This document shows positions 1-12,453 of a stretch of 64,000 bases of DNA, piece after piece. A program made the position numbers and the translations under genes. Every line of letters begins with the position of its first letter. Position 1 is the first letter of the stretch. The DNA comes from Paraspadella gotoi (taxonomy: Eukaryota > Animalia > Chaetognatha). A model generated the notes under the pieces. The model saw only the letters and a program-made list of their open reading frames with translations. It was not told the DNA's origin and did no database searches. The stretch lies in contig CM119268.1 of assembly GCA_051294375.1 (NCBI GenBank), positions 20,429,672 through 20,493,671 on the forward strand, read 5' to 3'.

Positions 1-393
1 ATGTACTAAATAAACTATGTTGAATACAAAATAACTCGTAAATTGATAAATATAATCATAGATTTATTATTGAGCCGAGATGAGGAGGACAATGTTCTAC
101 GTTTCTACTTAGTTCACTTGATTATTGTATTCATACTGTTGCGGGTTTTTCTCTCATAAAACAAACGCTATACAGTAGGCCTTTTTTTCCATCTTTGTTT
201 TTTGAAAACTCGATCAATAAGTACAAAAATGTAGTTCTACTTATAAAGCCTAAAACAAATTTCTAAAAAATAAAAAATAAAAAATTATAATAAAAAATAA
301 ATAAACAGATTATTAATTTTTTTTATAAAAAATATATGATATATAATTAAAACTTAAACTCAAAAAAAGTAACAGGTATATATTAGTTGAGTG

Positions 394-626
394 TGAAGAG
401 ACAGTGATAATTGATAAGTGTTAATGACAGAACCGTTCAATATAAGCAGTCCCTGAGCTTCAGACCAGGCTATAACACCGTGTTACAGGCGGGTTAAGCG
501 CCCCGTCCCTCTTAACTGCTAGACGGCCACCGGGCTAGAACCCCAGACCTTTGGTTGGGAGGCGAATGACTTGCCTCCAGCACCAATAGCCGCTGATGAA
601 CGGTTGGTGGATTTTAGTCCAGCATA
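394..626 (-). mobile_element. Solo LTR of TRIM family A (tRNA-like module inside)
   Basis: 233-bp match to the LTRs at 13650-13883 and 14066-14676, flanked by an exact 4-bp TSD AGTG (390-393 and 627-630). Confidence 0.9.
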
Positions 627-980
627 AGTGCTTTAATTCAATCTCATATTCAACTTTTAATAGTAATATTATTTGTTATTATTTATAAAAAAAATATATA
701 TTTTTTTAAAATTATCATGCTAAAATAAAACACAAAAAAGAAAGAGAAGAAAAACGTCAAAAACAATGGACTGATTTAAAGGCAGGAGGTGATATGTTTG
801 AGGTAGAATGCTAATAACTTGTTTTATTCTATATCCTTTATTAATATGTATAAATAACATAAAGATAAAGATTATAAAATATAATAATGCATTTTATATT
901 TAATAATTAAATAATGCAGCTTGAATTTACATTTAATATAAAAATAAAAATCTTAAAAGCAATAGGAATCGAGCCTACTT

Positions 981-1225
981 TTGATGATAACCAAATATTG
1001 GATGCGATGATAACCAAATATTGATGCGATGATAACCAAATGATGGATGCGATGATAGTCATTCATTGATGCGATGATAATCATTCATTGATGCGATGAT
1101 AGTCCTTCATTGATCGGATGATAATCATCATTGATGCGATGATAGTCATTCATTGAAGCGATGATAGTCATTCATTGATGCGATTATAGTCATTCATTGA
1201 TGCGATGCTAGTCATTTCATTGACG
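981..1225. repeat. ~21-bp minisatellite (gatgcgatgatagtcattcatt)
   Basis: About 11 tandem units. A degraded relative lies at about 32180-32300. Confidence 0.9.
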
Positions 1226-1368
1226 ATATCTCTCTTCTTTTTTACAATAAGGAAGAAACATCGTAAAAGATTATGAGCGAAAATTTCGACTACAAACTAA
1301 ACAAAATAAAAGTTAATGAGGTTAATGATTTTATAAACTGTTAATGACTGAGTTAGTCATACTCCATT

Positions 1369-1880
1369 TTTTTTAGTTGGATCTGCTTTCAGCAGATCCC
1401 GACTCTATAATTCACTTTGTCGGTCCGCCCCCTCAATCTTGTCGGGCATTCACATATATCACGTCGGAATATCGAATTATGATAATTTATGCAAAAAGGA
1501 TTGTCCGTCCGTCCGTTGGATCCGTCCGTCTGTCTGTTTGTCCCACCTTAGAAAAAAACTCCAATTACTCGTGATTGGAAGGATGGATTGGAATACAATT
1601 TTGTGTGGGTAGGGAAGTGTGTGATTGAGCTGGATATGAAGTTTCGATGGAATCGTGCGAGTGGAAATTGGTTTAAATGGAAAAAACAAAAAAATATATT
1701 TCACTATTTGAACGTCAATTACCTATGAGTGGACGAGGCGATTGACTTGAAATTTTGTATGTGGGTAGGAAAGTGTGTGATTTAAGCCGGAAATCAAGTT
1801 TCGATGGAATCGTTTGAAATGGAAAAAACAAAAAACCTGTTTCACTAATTTATTATGCTTTTTCTTCTTTTTATATTAAA
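1369..1880 (+). mobile_element. Helentron/DINE-1-like element, 5' portion
   Basis: T-run, then agttggatctgct..agcagatcccgact, a (GTCC/GTCT)n tract and two subrepeats homologous to the other copies. Confidence 0.7.
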
Positions 1881-2708
1881 AGTTCCATCTCTGTGAGCTT
1901 ATGAAATCAATAATTGATGTAGTTAAGAGTTGAGACTCTCATTATTTTTTAGTCAAGACCTTTATGGATTTTTTTTGTTCCGGCGGCGTTGGATAGCCCA
2001 AACACTGCAGTTTTAGAAATCATCCATGGTATTGTAATATTTACTGCGCTACTGGTGCAAAAATTGCTCGGAACCAAAATTATCAGAAACCGCTTCGTTC
2101 TTTCGGATTTTCTTTTAAGGGCGGAGCGACATAGTATCTAGATACAGATAGCGAGATAAGCGCCGACCATCGCCACCAATAAAAGAACGAAAAACATCTT
2201 TTGCTGAAATATTTTAACTTAAAATTGGAGGAGAATGGATAAGAGGGCGCCTTGAATAATAGATCAAGTGGAGACAATATGTATAAGATTTACAATTTAA
2301 TAATTTACAACAGCGTAGGTGCGAGATAGCTCAGTAAGAGAAATTTGTTTGAGTCTCTCTCTGTATTTCCTCGACTTCGGCTTTTAAAGCTACAAAGTAA
2401 ATAGGTAGATTTGAACACAAAGACCCAGCAGGTTTCCCGAGAGGTTCCTTCCCAGTTTCACCAGTTACAAAGAGAGAGAGAGAGAGAGAGAGATCGCTAA
2501 TTGCTATCGCGAAAGAAAATTATCGGCCGAGAGAGAAACTTTAAATCCTTTTGACACGAGTCCTCGAATTTTAAACTCTTCTCTCTCTCTCTGTCACAGT
2601 TAATCGCTTATAGTTGATTTTATCGATATATTGAATTGTTAAAAGATAAAAGAGTTGAAAAAGTTAAAATTAAAACTACAATCGCAATTAAAAAAAAATT
2701 AAATAGAA

Positions 2709-4491
2709 ATGAAATCGATGACGTCATCACAAATTCGATCTTTGATCAGAGAAGGAAAGTTCGGACGCTCAACAACCAGTGGCCTGGCCGGAGGTAAGTT
2801 CGTTGCTCTTGTTCGGGTTGTCAGCCTGAATGACCTGACTGACCTCTTGATTTTGTTTGTAATCTTAAATTGGCCTAATTTTACTTTCGGCAACTGGGAT
2901 TAAGGGAGTTTTTGAGTTAGTTTTTTTTATTATGGTTTAGGAGAACTTATTTGTTATTATGGCGTTTTAGAGTTAGGATAGTTGGATAATGATTCTTATT
3001 ACTTTTGTAGTTATACAATTTTTTTATTATTATTTTGAAAAAACTAGAAATCCCAATTTTTAGACAAAAGAATCGCCATTGAAAACAAGAGCTATTTATA
3101 CAATGGAATCGGATCCGTGACTCGGGCAACTTTGCCCGCCGGATGGATGCCTGGCTGACCATTGGCCCCTTTGCCATTTGTCGTTTGACCAATGAGAGAG
3201 TCTCTTGTAATTTCTTCTCGCTTCGCTGATCCGATTTCGCCTTTTAGGTTCGATTCCTCTGCGTTGCTAATCTCTGCTCTAATCAGGCTTTGTTTTTATT
3301 CGCTCCATCTATCTTGATTTAGGATCTCTCCGAAAAGAATCAGGCGAATATCAGGCCCTTTTTACTTTTTTATCTAAATTTTAAATCAGGCCAGAATTGT
3401 ATCTTATGTAGAATAAGGTCCGTATCAGGCCCAATATAAGTCTATACTTCTTATATATTTCTTTCTCTCTTTTTACTATGTTTTTAAAAAACATTTTCAA
3501 TCAGGCGAAAAACAGGCTAATCTGGTGATCGTCCCTTCCGCCTTCGCCGACGACATCGAAGAAATCTGCCGCCGCAACGCTGCTCCGCTGCCGCTGCTGT
3601 ACAAAAGCGGCAAGGGTGAGGTTGGGGCGCCGCCTTTGGCTCAGGATTCCGATGTTAGGTAAGTATCATAGTGACAGTCATTTTTAAAAATTTCTCCCCG
3701 CTCCTATTAATTGCTACACTATTCAATTCTATTGTATTCAATTCTATTGTATTCAATTCTATTGTATACAATTCTATTTTATTCAATTCTATTCTATTCA
3801 ATTCTATCCAATTCTATTGTATTCAATTCTATTGTATTCAATTCTATTTTGTTCAATTCTATTGTATTCAATTCTATTGTATTCAATTCTATTGTATTCA
3901 CTTCTATTCTATTCACTTCTATTGTATTCAATTCTATTGTATTCAATTCTATTGTATTCAATACTATTCTATTCAATTCTATTCTATTCAATTCTATTGT
4001 ATTCTATTCTATTCAATTCTATTCTATTCTATTCAATTCTATTGTATTCAATTCTATTCTATTCAATTCTTTTCTATTCAATTCTATTCTATTCAATTTT
4101 ATTCAATTCAATTCTATTCAATTCTATTGTATTCAATTCTATTGTATTCAATTCTATTGTATTCAATTCTATTGTATTCACTTCTATTCTATTCACTTCT
4201 ATTGTATTCAATTCTATTGTATTCAATTCTATTGTATTCAATTCTATTGTATTCAATACTATTCTATTCAATTCTATTGTATTCTATTGTATTCTATTGT
4301 ATTCTATTCTATTCAATTCTATTCTATTCAATTCTATTCTATTCAATTCTATTCTCTTCAATTCTATTCTATTCAATTCTATTCTATTCAATTCTATTCA
4401 ATTCTATTGTATTCAATTCTATTCTATTCAATTCACTCTTTTTTCATCCTTCTCTGTATTCTTCCTCCGTTCGTCCTTGCTCAAAATCTAA

Positions 4492-4522
<31 letters not shown>

Positions 4523-5037
4523 TCCTCAGTTTCAAGTGTCCTCTCCCGCTCGCTTCCTCCCACTCTCTCCTCTCTCTGCCTCCTCCCTCCTCCTCCCTTC
4601 CTCCCTCCTCCCTCCCTCCATCCTCCTTCCTTCCTCCTCCTTCTTCCTTCCTTCCTCCCTCCCTCCTCCTCCCTTCCTCCCTCCTCCCTCCCTTCCTCCA
4701 TCCTCCCTCCTCCTTCCTTCCTCCCTCCCTCCCTCCCTCCTTCCTTCCTCCCTCCTTCTTCCTCCCTCCTTCCTCCTCCCTTCCTCCCTCCTCCCTTCCT
4801 CCCTCCTCCCTCCCTCCTTCCTCCCTCCCTCCCTCTTCCTTTCTCCTTCCTCCCTCCCTCCCTCCTCCTCCCTCCTTCCTTCCTCCATCCTTCCTTCCTC
4901 CCTCCCTCTCTCCCTCAATTCTCGCCGCCAATTTTCCCGACCATTTATTCCTCTCGCTCTCTATCAATTTCTCCAAACTCCATCTCTTTCCTTTGTTGAC
5001 GTCTTCCTCATTGTTGTTGTCATCTTTGACTCTGCGG

Positions 5038-5070
<33 letters not shown>

Positions 5071-8000
5071 TCTCTCTTCTCTCTCTCTCTCTCTCTTTTC
5101 ACACATTCAGTCAGTTTGGTCTGTCTCACTTCCGTTTAAATACCGTTTAAAATTCGTCGGAATCATACCACAAATAACTGTTCAGAACTGTTAGGAATAT
5201 TTATTAAGATGTCTTTTGCTAGTGTATCAAGATGGATTCAGATTTTCAAAAACGTTCACACAAGTGATCACACATATATATACTTTAATTTAAAACACCT
5301 TTTATTCGATTTGAAATTCTCAACATGAGAGATCCCGGTCGATTTTTATCTGGCTCCTAAATTATGCAAATTAGCTTACGATCGAATTTGTCAGATAACG
5401 ATGACGCTCTTTATTCGCGTAATTTTAAACGTTTTATTATTGTAATATAATAAATAATTGAATATTATAGTTTTTAGAATATATATTTTATAAATATAAA
5501 TAATTTATAGTATTTATACTAATATAAAATAAGACAAAATAGCAATTAAATGAGATCTTGAATGCTTCTTTTTCTTACCAAAATGAGGAATTCAAAGAGA
5601 TTTTTGCATAAAATAAAATATTAACTATTTTGCTTGTTTAAGTTCCTTATTACATATAATATAATATAAATTGTATTATAAATTGTATAATTCATTCGTT
5701 TAAGTTACTATTATACGTGCTTTAATAAATAGGTAAATATGGAAAAACTTGATAACAAAGATTAAAATAACCAATAAAAGTAAAATTTTTAAAAAAAATA
5801 ATAATACTAATATTAAATTAGTATTTAATAATTTAATAATAATAATTAATAAAAAAATTATTTTAAAAATTACTGCAAAGAAAGAATTTAAATTATTTAA
5901 AATTATTAATGAATATTTTTCTATATTTTTTAAAGTAATTTTTAGTCAACTAGGTTCCATTAGGATTGTACCCACGTAGGAATACGTGGAATACGTGGGC
6001 GGAATACTATGGGTGCAATTGTATGTGGGCCAATGCTACATGGGTGCAATCCAAGGGGCGCAATTTTATGGGCCCAATAATACGTGGGCACAATCCTGCT
6101 ACCACGTATATACATATAGATAAGTGAAAAGGATCCATTCAATATCATAATCAATGATTTAAGTATATTATGTTTGAATGATCAGGAAGAAAATTAAATA
6201 CGATCTAATAAATATTACTAAATTTGAATAGCAAATACATAGATTGGACGATTGGATCCTTTTTGTGTTGAGGCAACATGAACCGGACTCATTTTTTGAT
6301 ATGGTATAAATAACTGTCTCTATTAATTTGTTTAATTTTCTGATCATAATCAAAAAACTACTTTCATTTATAAAAGAAAACAGAGAACTTTTGAGAGGGA
6401 AACTTAACTCCAAGATTTTAAAGAATTGCTTTTGTTTTTATAAGTTTTTTAAATCAAAACATGTCAATTAATTATAAAATTAATCGAAACCTATTGTCTG
6501 TAAATAATGATAGATTGCTTTGTTAATTTTTCAATCAACCAAATTGAAAAAGTGAGTAAACAAATTATGATTAAAAACAATATGATAATATGATAACATT
6601 TTCATTGTTAACAACAACGATGAAGGCTAACAATTAGTTCGAAAATGTCCATTTTTATGTAAAAACATTATGTCGTTATTATTAACCATTAAAAAGTTAT
6701 TATTTCGTCTCTAAATCAAACAACAAATGAAAATAAATAATACAATGACTAAAAACTAAAAAAAAATTCCGAGATATTTTTTATAATTGAAAAAAAGTTT
6801 GACTATGGATGCTCAAACCCTCATTCATCCTTAATTATTGGCCTATTAATAGTTATAAAAATGAAACTATAGTACATAGGAAAATGACTTCTATAATATA
6901 ATAATAGTTTAAGAAGAAGGGGATAAAATTGTAATCAAATCATATCCGTTTAAAGCATTTGTGTTTTTGTATAAATATTGTCATTGTTAAAAAAATTTTA
7001 TCTTTTATTAAATATTAATTATATTTATTGTTATTTATCATTTGACTATATAAGATCATATTTTATATTAATTTCTCTTTAAATATGTGTTCAGACTGAA
7101 TTTCAGTTACAGCAAAACAAAAATAGCGATTAATTTCTAAAATGTTTTCCTATAAAAAAACAGAAAAACTAGTAAAAATCACAACATGCAGCTACTAAAA
7201 ACTTATAAAATTATTAAGCATTCTGAAATTATTAATAAAACATAGAAAATATTATTAATAATACATATGTTATTAAAAAAAACTAAACTCATCGTCAGAT
7301 TTCACAGGGAAAAGATGCTCTTTTTATGAAAAATTCGCGAATATCCGCCAGGTTCGCTAGTATCTTTTGTTCTTTTTGACCGGCTTGACCGGTCTTTAAC
7401 ATTAAAAAGATACGAAATGACGTATTCGATCTCGGGATCTCTTATGTTCGATGCATTAAACTTAAATATTTTTTATACGAAAATTATTTATATATACGTC
7501 TGATTAAGTGTGCAAACGTTTTTTTATGAAACTCGATGTCTGTATATTACTAACTTTTGGTCAGTTGTCTATTTTGGGCTAGTTTTGCAGTTTTGTCTAT
7601 TTTCGACTAGTTTTGTTTTTAAAATATTATACAAATAAGTCGTAAAAATATATTAAAATATAAAAGTTAAAATTAAATATATTAAAAAATATAGATATCT
7701 TACCTTCAATTGTGACCCATAAGTTCAAAGGTTTTATTTTTGTTTATTTCTTTATCTTAAGAACGGACGTCTCCTCATACGACGCCTTTGAATTCGGAGT
7801 TCCCATTGGTCGACGCTCCTCGCTCCTTGACGTGGATTGGTCAGATTCTCGTGACTTTTTACCTCGGCTGCAGCTTTTCATTCGAGGCGGCGCTGCAGCG
7901 CGGGCGAGTTCCAATCAGAAATATGGAGAGAGGAAAGAACGTGGCGATGTATAAGGTAAGTAGATGGTAAGGAATCGATTATTCGAAAGGGTTTTTGCTG

Positions 8001-9355
8001 TACATCATTTAAATTCTTTCCGATGAGCAGAGTTTACTCATAAGAATTATTTGTTTATTTTTAATTATTTATTTAATTTTCATGAGAAATAATATAATAC
8101 TAAACCACGACACCACTATTAAAATAAAATACAAATTGTAATAAAACGATGATCAATGATAAAGTTTTATCCATCGAGAATTAAATGTTAAAAACAGATC
8201 CAAATGTTTATCAAATATGTTTAATATTTCCCTTCACCACAATTCCCTCTCTCTTTTCTCTTCCAGACTTCCGTCTTCCTCTTCACGCCCCCCATCTCCC
8301 CCCGTCCCCATGGTGGTCTCCCTGCGCCCCCTCCCCCCTTCCCTCCTCGAGACGTGCTTTTCCATCACGGCGCCGATGGCCGACGCTCACGGGGCGCCGG
8401 TTCACGTCGGCGCCCCTGGCGTTATCGGCATCGAAGACGTGATGGCGCCGGATTTCGGGGAGAGGCGCCGGATTTTGAAGACGGCGATGTTCCGGTCTTT
8501 TGGGCCTGCGGAGTCACGGGGTTGATGTTGATGGAGAAAATGAGTGAGTTTTGATGTTGTTGTTGTCACGTGGGGATGATGATGATGATTATGAATTGGT
8601 AGTTGTTTTTTTATTAATTGTTAAATTATTAATGTTGACCTTTTCTGTTTAATGCTGTTGTGAAACTAATTGGCCCGTAGCGAGCATTGCTCATTGCGTG
8701 TAATGCTAATGCTCAGGTTCTCCCTCGCCATGCTCACAAACTTTTTCCCTCTAATCGTTGCTCAGTGACTCACTGAACAAAGCCAGTAGCACATGATCCC
8801 GGGTTCGATGTCAGCCCCAGTGCCTCTCCTACCTACGAGGGGCTGAAGTTGTTGCCGTTTTCATTTTCCACCGAAAGTTAATTGGAAAATCTCTTTGTCT
8901 CGTTCTCAGAATCGCCCATCTCTCTCACTCACTCTCCCGGCAACATGTTCCTTTGCGACGTCTCCGCTCAAGAACAAAGTCTTTACCATCAACAGCAGCA
9001 GCCGTCGTCGCCGCCGCAGCAGCCGCAGAAGCCGCCTCAGCCGACGCCGCCACAGCTCCACCCGCGCGTCTTCCGCATCTACAGCAGTCCGCTCACTTAC
9101 GCGTCGTCGATTGCTATGGTTTTGGAACTGGTCGTCGGAATGAGGAGAAGATTGGGAGGAAGAGGAGGAGGAGGAGGAGGAGAAAGAGGTGGAGGAAATC
9201 GAGCTTCGTAAGTTTAAACTTTTTTTCAAAATAAGGAAAGTATTGTCGAAATTTAAAGACCATTGCATTTTTTTGTCTAGCCCAAATAGGTTTCACCGCT
9301 TTTCAAAATCCATTCATAGTCGTGGCCCAATTCTTTACCCCAAACCGACTTTTGG

Positions 9356-9407
<52 letters not shown>

Positions 9408-11631
9408 AAAGGAAAGAAAAAGCGAGAAAGCGAGAACTTCCGGTTCCAACCCTGAATTATGCAACGTCACTGACTATGAGAACAAAAAAAGCATTTTGGT
9501 GGGAGAAACACGGTGAAAACGAGAGAGAGTGAGAAGGAGAAAAAAATAATAAGAAGAAAGAACGAATAAAAACCAGTGGCTGCGCCAATACATGTAAATC
9601 GCTTTCAAACCTGAGCGTTAGTTTAGTGTGAGGTATATATCTATATGTTTATACTATATATACGAAAAAATATGAATAAAAAAAATTTAATTTTATTTTA
9701 AAAACGCTTTTTTGTTTGTAGAGCCATCTGGTTTATTAAGACCAAAACAGGCAAAGATTTGCTATTTTGTATAAAGCAATGCAAATTCAGATAGAAGAGC
9801 AAATTTCTATAGAAAGTAAAGGGAAAATGCTCATAATAGAAAAAGTAAGAGACAAATCCTAGTAGTAGGTATAAAAAGTTACAAAGATGGAAAAAAAAAT
9901 TTAAAAAAAAATTAAAGCTATTGGAAAAAAAAACTTTTAGGGGGTAAGTATTATTAATACAATTAAAAGGAAGCAAGAACGAGAGAATAAAAGAAAGACG
10001 AAAAAAGAGAGAGAAAGAGGAAAAGAAAAAAAGAATTAGAAAGAAAGAGTCAAAAGATTCATTATAGTGAGAGAGAGAGTGAGAAATAGAAAAAGAGAGA
10101 TAGAGAGAGATAGAAAGAGTTAAAAGATTCACTATAGTGAATCGTGACTGAAAATTGTTTTCTTCCTTCAAACGTTGGCTCTTCTCTTCTTCCATCTGAA
10201 TTTTTCTTTTTCGTATTAATCGAATTGATTTGTCGCCAACTCTCGAAGCTCTAAAAAATATAATCGTAACTAGTTGTTAGATAGAACCTATAAATTATAT
10301 ATAACATGCTTTATTTTTTAACTTAATTTTAGTTCGCGTGAGATGAAAAGAGAAACGTCGAACGGAGAAGAGGATGAGGAAGAGGATGAGGAAGAGAAAG
10401 AGGAGGAGGAAGAGGAGGATGAGGCCGTAGTGATCGACGCTATGAAAATATCACACGCTAAACATGTGGTTGTGATGGTGAAAGGTGGGTTGTGGTGATA
10501 TTAAAAGTTAAGTTGTGGTGATAGTGAAAGCTGGTGATGGTGGTGAAACAACAGCGATGGTGATGGTGACGTAAAATATTCATAAAAATTCCAATTGTGA
10601 CTTCATCTTAGAAAAACGAAAGGAGAATGGGAAAAGGAAGAAACAAATGTCGTTGAGGGAAGATAAAAAATAAATAGAAGGGAAGGAATAAGTATTATAA
10701 ATTATAAATAGAAAAAAAGTAATGGAGAGACGGTAAATCAAATGAAACTAATATTTATTTAATAATGAAGTTTGTTTAAAAATAATGTTCATACATTTGA
10801 ATAATGTTGAGCCGCTGCTCATTTGTTTCACAGACGACTTCGACGTCGCCGATTTAGTCGTCTTCGTGCTTTTTCTCGATCTCCTAAAGAGGGCGGGAAA
10901 ATCGATTCGAATTTCGGGCAACAAAAGAACAACGTCGATCCTTAAATCTGCGGCGGAAAAAGGATTAAAAAGGAAAATCGAGGATGAGGAGATGAAGGAA
11001 GAGCAAAGGTAAGTTAACCTATGATCAAAATAAGGCCTTACTTTCCCGAAACGTCCCATTAAATTGGAGATTATTGTTAGGGATTAAGTTAATCATTTAT
11101 TTAGGAATTAGGGTTTGGGGTGAGGCATTTGAGTTAAGGTTGATGTTAACGGTTTTCTAACAAATTAGGGTTAAATATTAATATTATCATTAAGTTCAGG
11201 GCTAGAGGAACAGAAATGAAACATATTTGGAAAAGAGAGCCAAAACGTTGGAAAGAATAGAAAATCCCGAGTCTTTGACTTTTTTGTCACGTGATCAGGA
11301 TCGACGTTTTGACGGTGAAGATTGGAATCGTGAAGGAAACGGGGAAACGAAAGATCGATGGAGATGAAAAAGAAATACGTAAGTTAAATAATAAAATAAT
11401 TAATTAAAAAGTTAATAAACTTGTGCCAGATCCGACATCGTCCTATACGATTCTCTTTGTCCCTTTTCAAACCTTTTGTGACAGACCTGAATCCGTCCGA
11501 TGCGATTCTCCTCATCTTCGCCTTCCGATCTTTGATCTCCTCCGATCTTCACGAGAGATACGCGAGGAGAGGGTTGGGATTCAAGATGGCCGCGCCCAGC
11601 CTTACTGGCCAAAAAGAGGTAAGAGACTCAT

Positions 11632-11701
<70 letters not shown>

Positions 11702-11974
11702 TTAATGTAGATATGAGTAGAATATATGGACTTAGTAATAAGAAAAATATTATAATTTATGTATAATTATTTTTTTCTTTAGTTTCACAAAATCATGACT
11801 GTTTTACGAAAGAGTCAAGGCGCTGGCGTTGGCAATGAGGAGGCCGCTAATGATGATGATGATGATGATGATGATGAAGCACAAGATAAGGATGGCTTCG
11901 ACGACGAGGAGCCAAACGACGGAATCCAATCCAAACTTTTTTTAAAAATGAAAAATTTGATGAAAATTTTGTAG
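2709..11974 (+). CDS. DGLUCY: D-glutamate cyclase-like gene, paralog A (DUF1445 plus eroded C-terminal domain), 10 exons
   Basis: GT-AG exons with compatible phases: 2709-2793, 3505-3658, 7762-7955, 8267-8543, 8910-9207, 10333-10484, 10834-11008, 11299-11378, 11485-11618, 11783-11974 (TAG). The splice reads TTSGLAG/GEKQANLVIVP..CRRNAAPLPLL..DSDVR/TD..FYLGCSFSFEAAL..NVAMYK/T..PMVVSLRP..AHGAPVHVG..PDFG..VPVFWACGVT/..THSPGNMFLCD, the DUF1445 motif series. Later segments ISHAKHV and LHERYARRGLG resemble animal DGLUCY. Small indels at about 7847, 8290-8303 and 8461 are probably sequence errors. Confidence 0.88.
3718..5100. repeat. Pentamer satellite (ATTCT/ATTCA/ATTGT)n followed by a polypyrimidine CCT/CT tract
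   Basis: Pentamers run 3718-4435 and a C/T-dominated tract runs about 4495-5100. These explain the long low-complexity ORFs. Confidence 0.95.
5220..7550. mobile_element. Old non-autonomous DNA transposon with long degenerate TIRs (intron 2 of paralog A)
   Basis: aaaacgttcacac..catatatata and aacatgagagatcccggtcga (about 5248-5342) are mirrored by tcgatctcgggatctcttatgtt and tatatatacg..gtgtgcaaacgtttt (about 7426-7523). Confidence 0.5.
5961..6098. repeat. Short palindromic element with internal ~20-bp repeats
   Basis: aggattgtacccacgta ... tacgtgggcacaatcct inverted ends, with repeated tgggtgcaat/tgggcccaat units inside. Confidence 0.6.
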
Positions 11975-12228
11975 AAAAACGGAAATATATTTTAAGATTC
12001 ATGATTCTGGCAGGATTAGATTCAAATGATAGCTGAGAATTTATTCGGTATTTGCATACCAGAAGAAAAAATTGAAACTTAGTAAAAATGATAATTTATT
12101 AATAATTAAATAGCACAGTACTTCGAAGAAACATGAAAACATGAAAACATAAAAACATGAAATGAAAAAAAAATTGTTTCTATTAGGTTCACATAACTTC
12201 TCTTCCCTTTCACTATTTTTAATCATAT

Positions 12229-12453
12229 AAGTTTCTTCTTCTAAATGTCTATTCTCAGTTGGAAACCTGTCTCTTCTTTGTCCTAAGGCTTGACAACTTC
12301 TGCCCCGCTAATGATCGTGGGCAGATCCTGCATTGTTTGCTCAAACTTTTTCTACTACAAAAAGTTTGACCATAGGGGGCAGAAGTAGTCAAGCCTTAAG
12401 ACAAAGAAGAGACAGGTTTCCAACTGTCAATAGAAACTTAGAAGAAGAAACTT
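12229..12453. mobile_element. Small fold-back MITE with ~78-bp TIRs
   Basis: aagtttcttcttctaa..gttggaaacctgtctcttctttgtc.taaggcttgac.acttctgcccc is mirrored at about 12376-12453. Flanks are TA-rich. Confidence 0.8.

Noticed and set aside
3671-5150. Long ORFs of 442 and 479 aa
   Set aside because: They are translations of pentamer satellite and CT-rich tracts inside intron 2 of paralog A.
2709-9000. Horizontal transfer of a bacterial DUF1445/YcsI gene
   Set aside because: The genes have nine spliceosomal introns and C-terminal segments resembling the animal two-domain DGLUCY, consistent with vertical inheritance.
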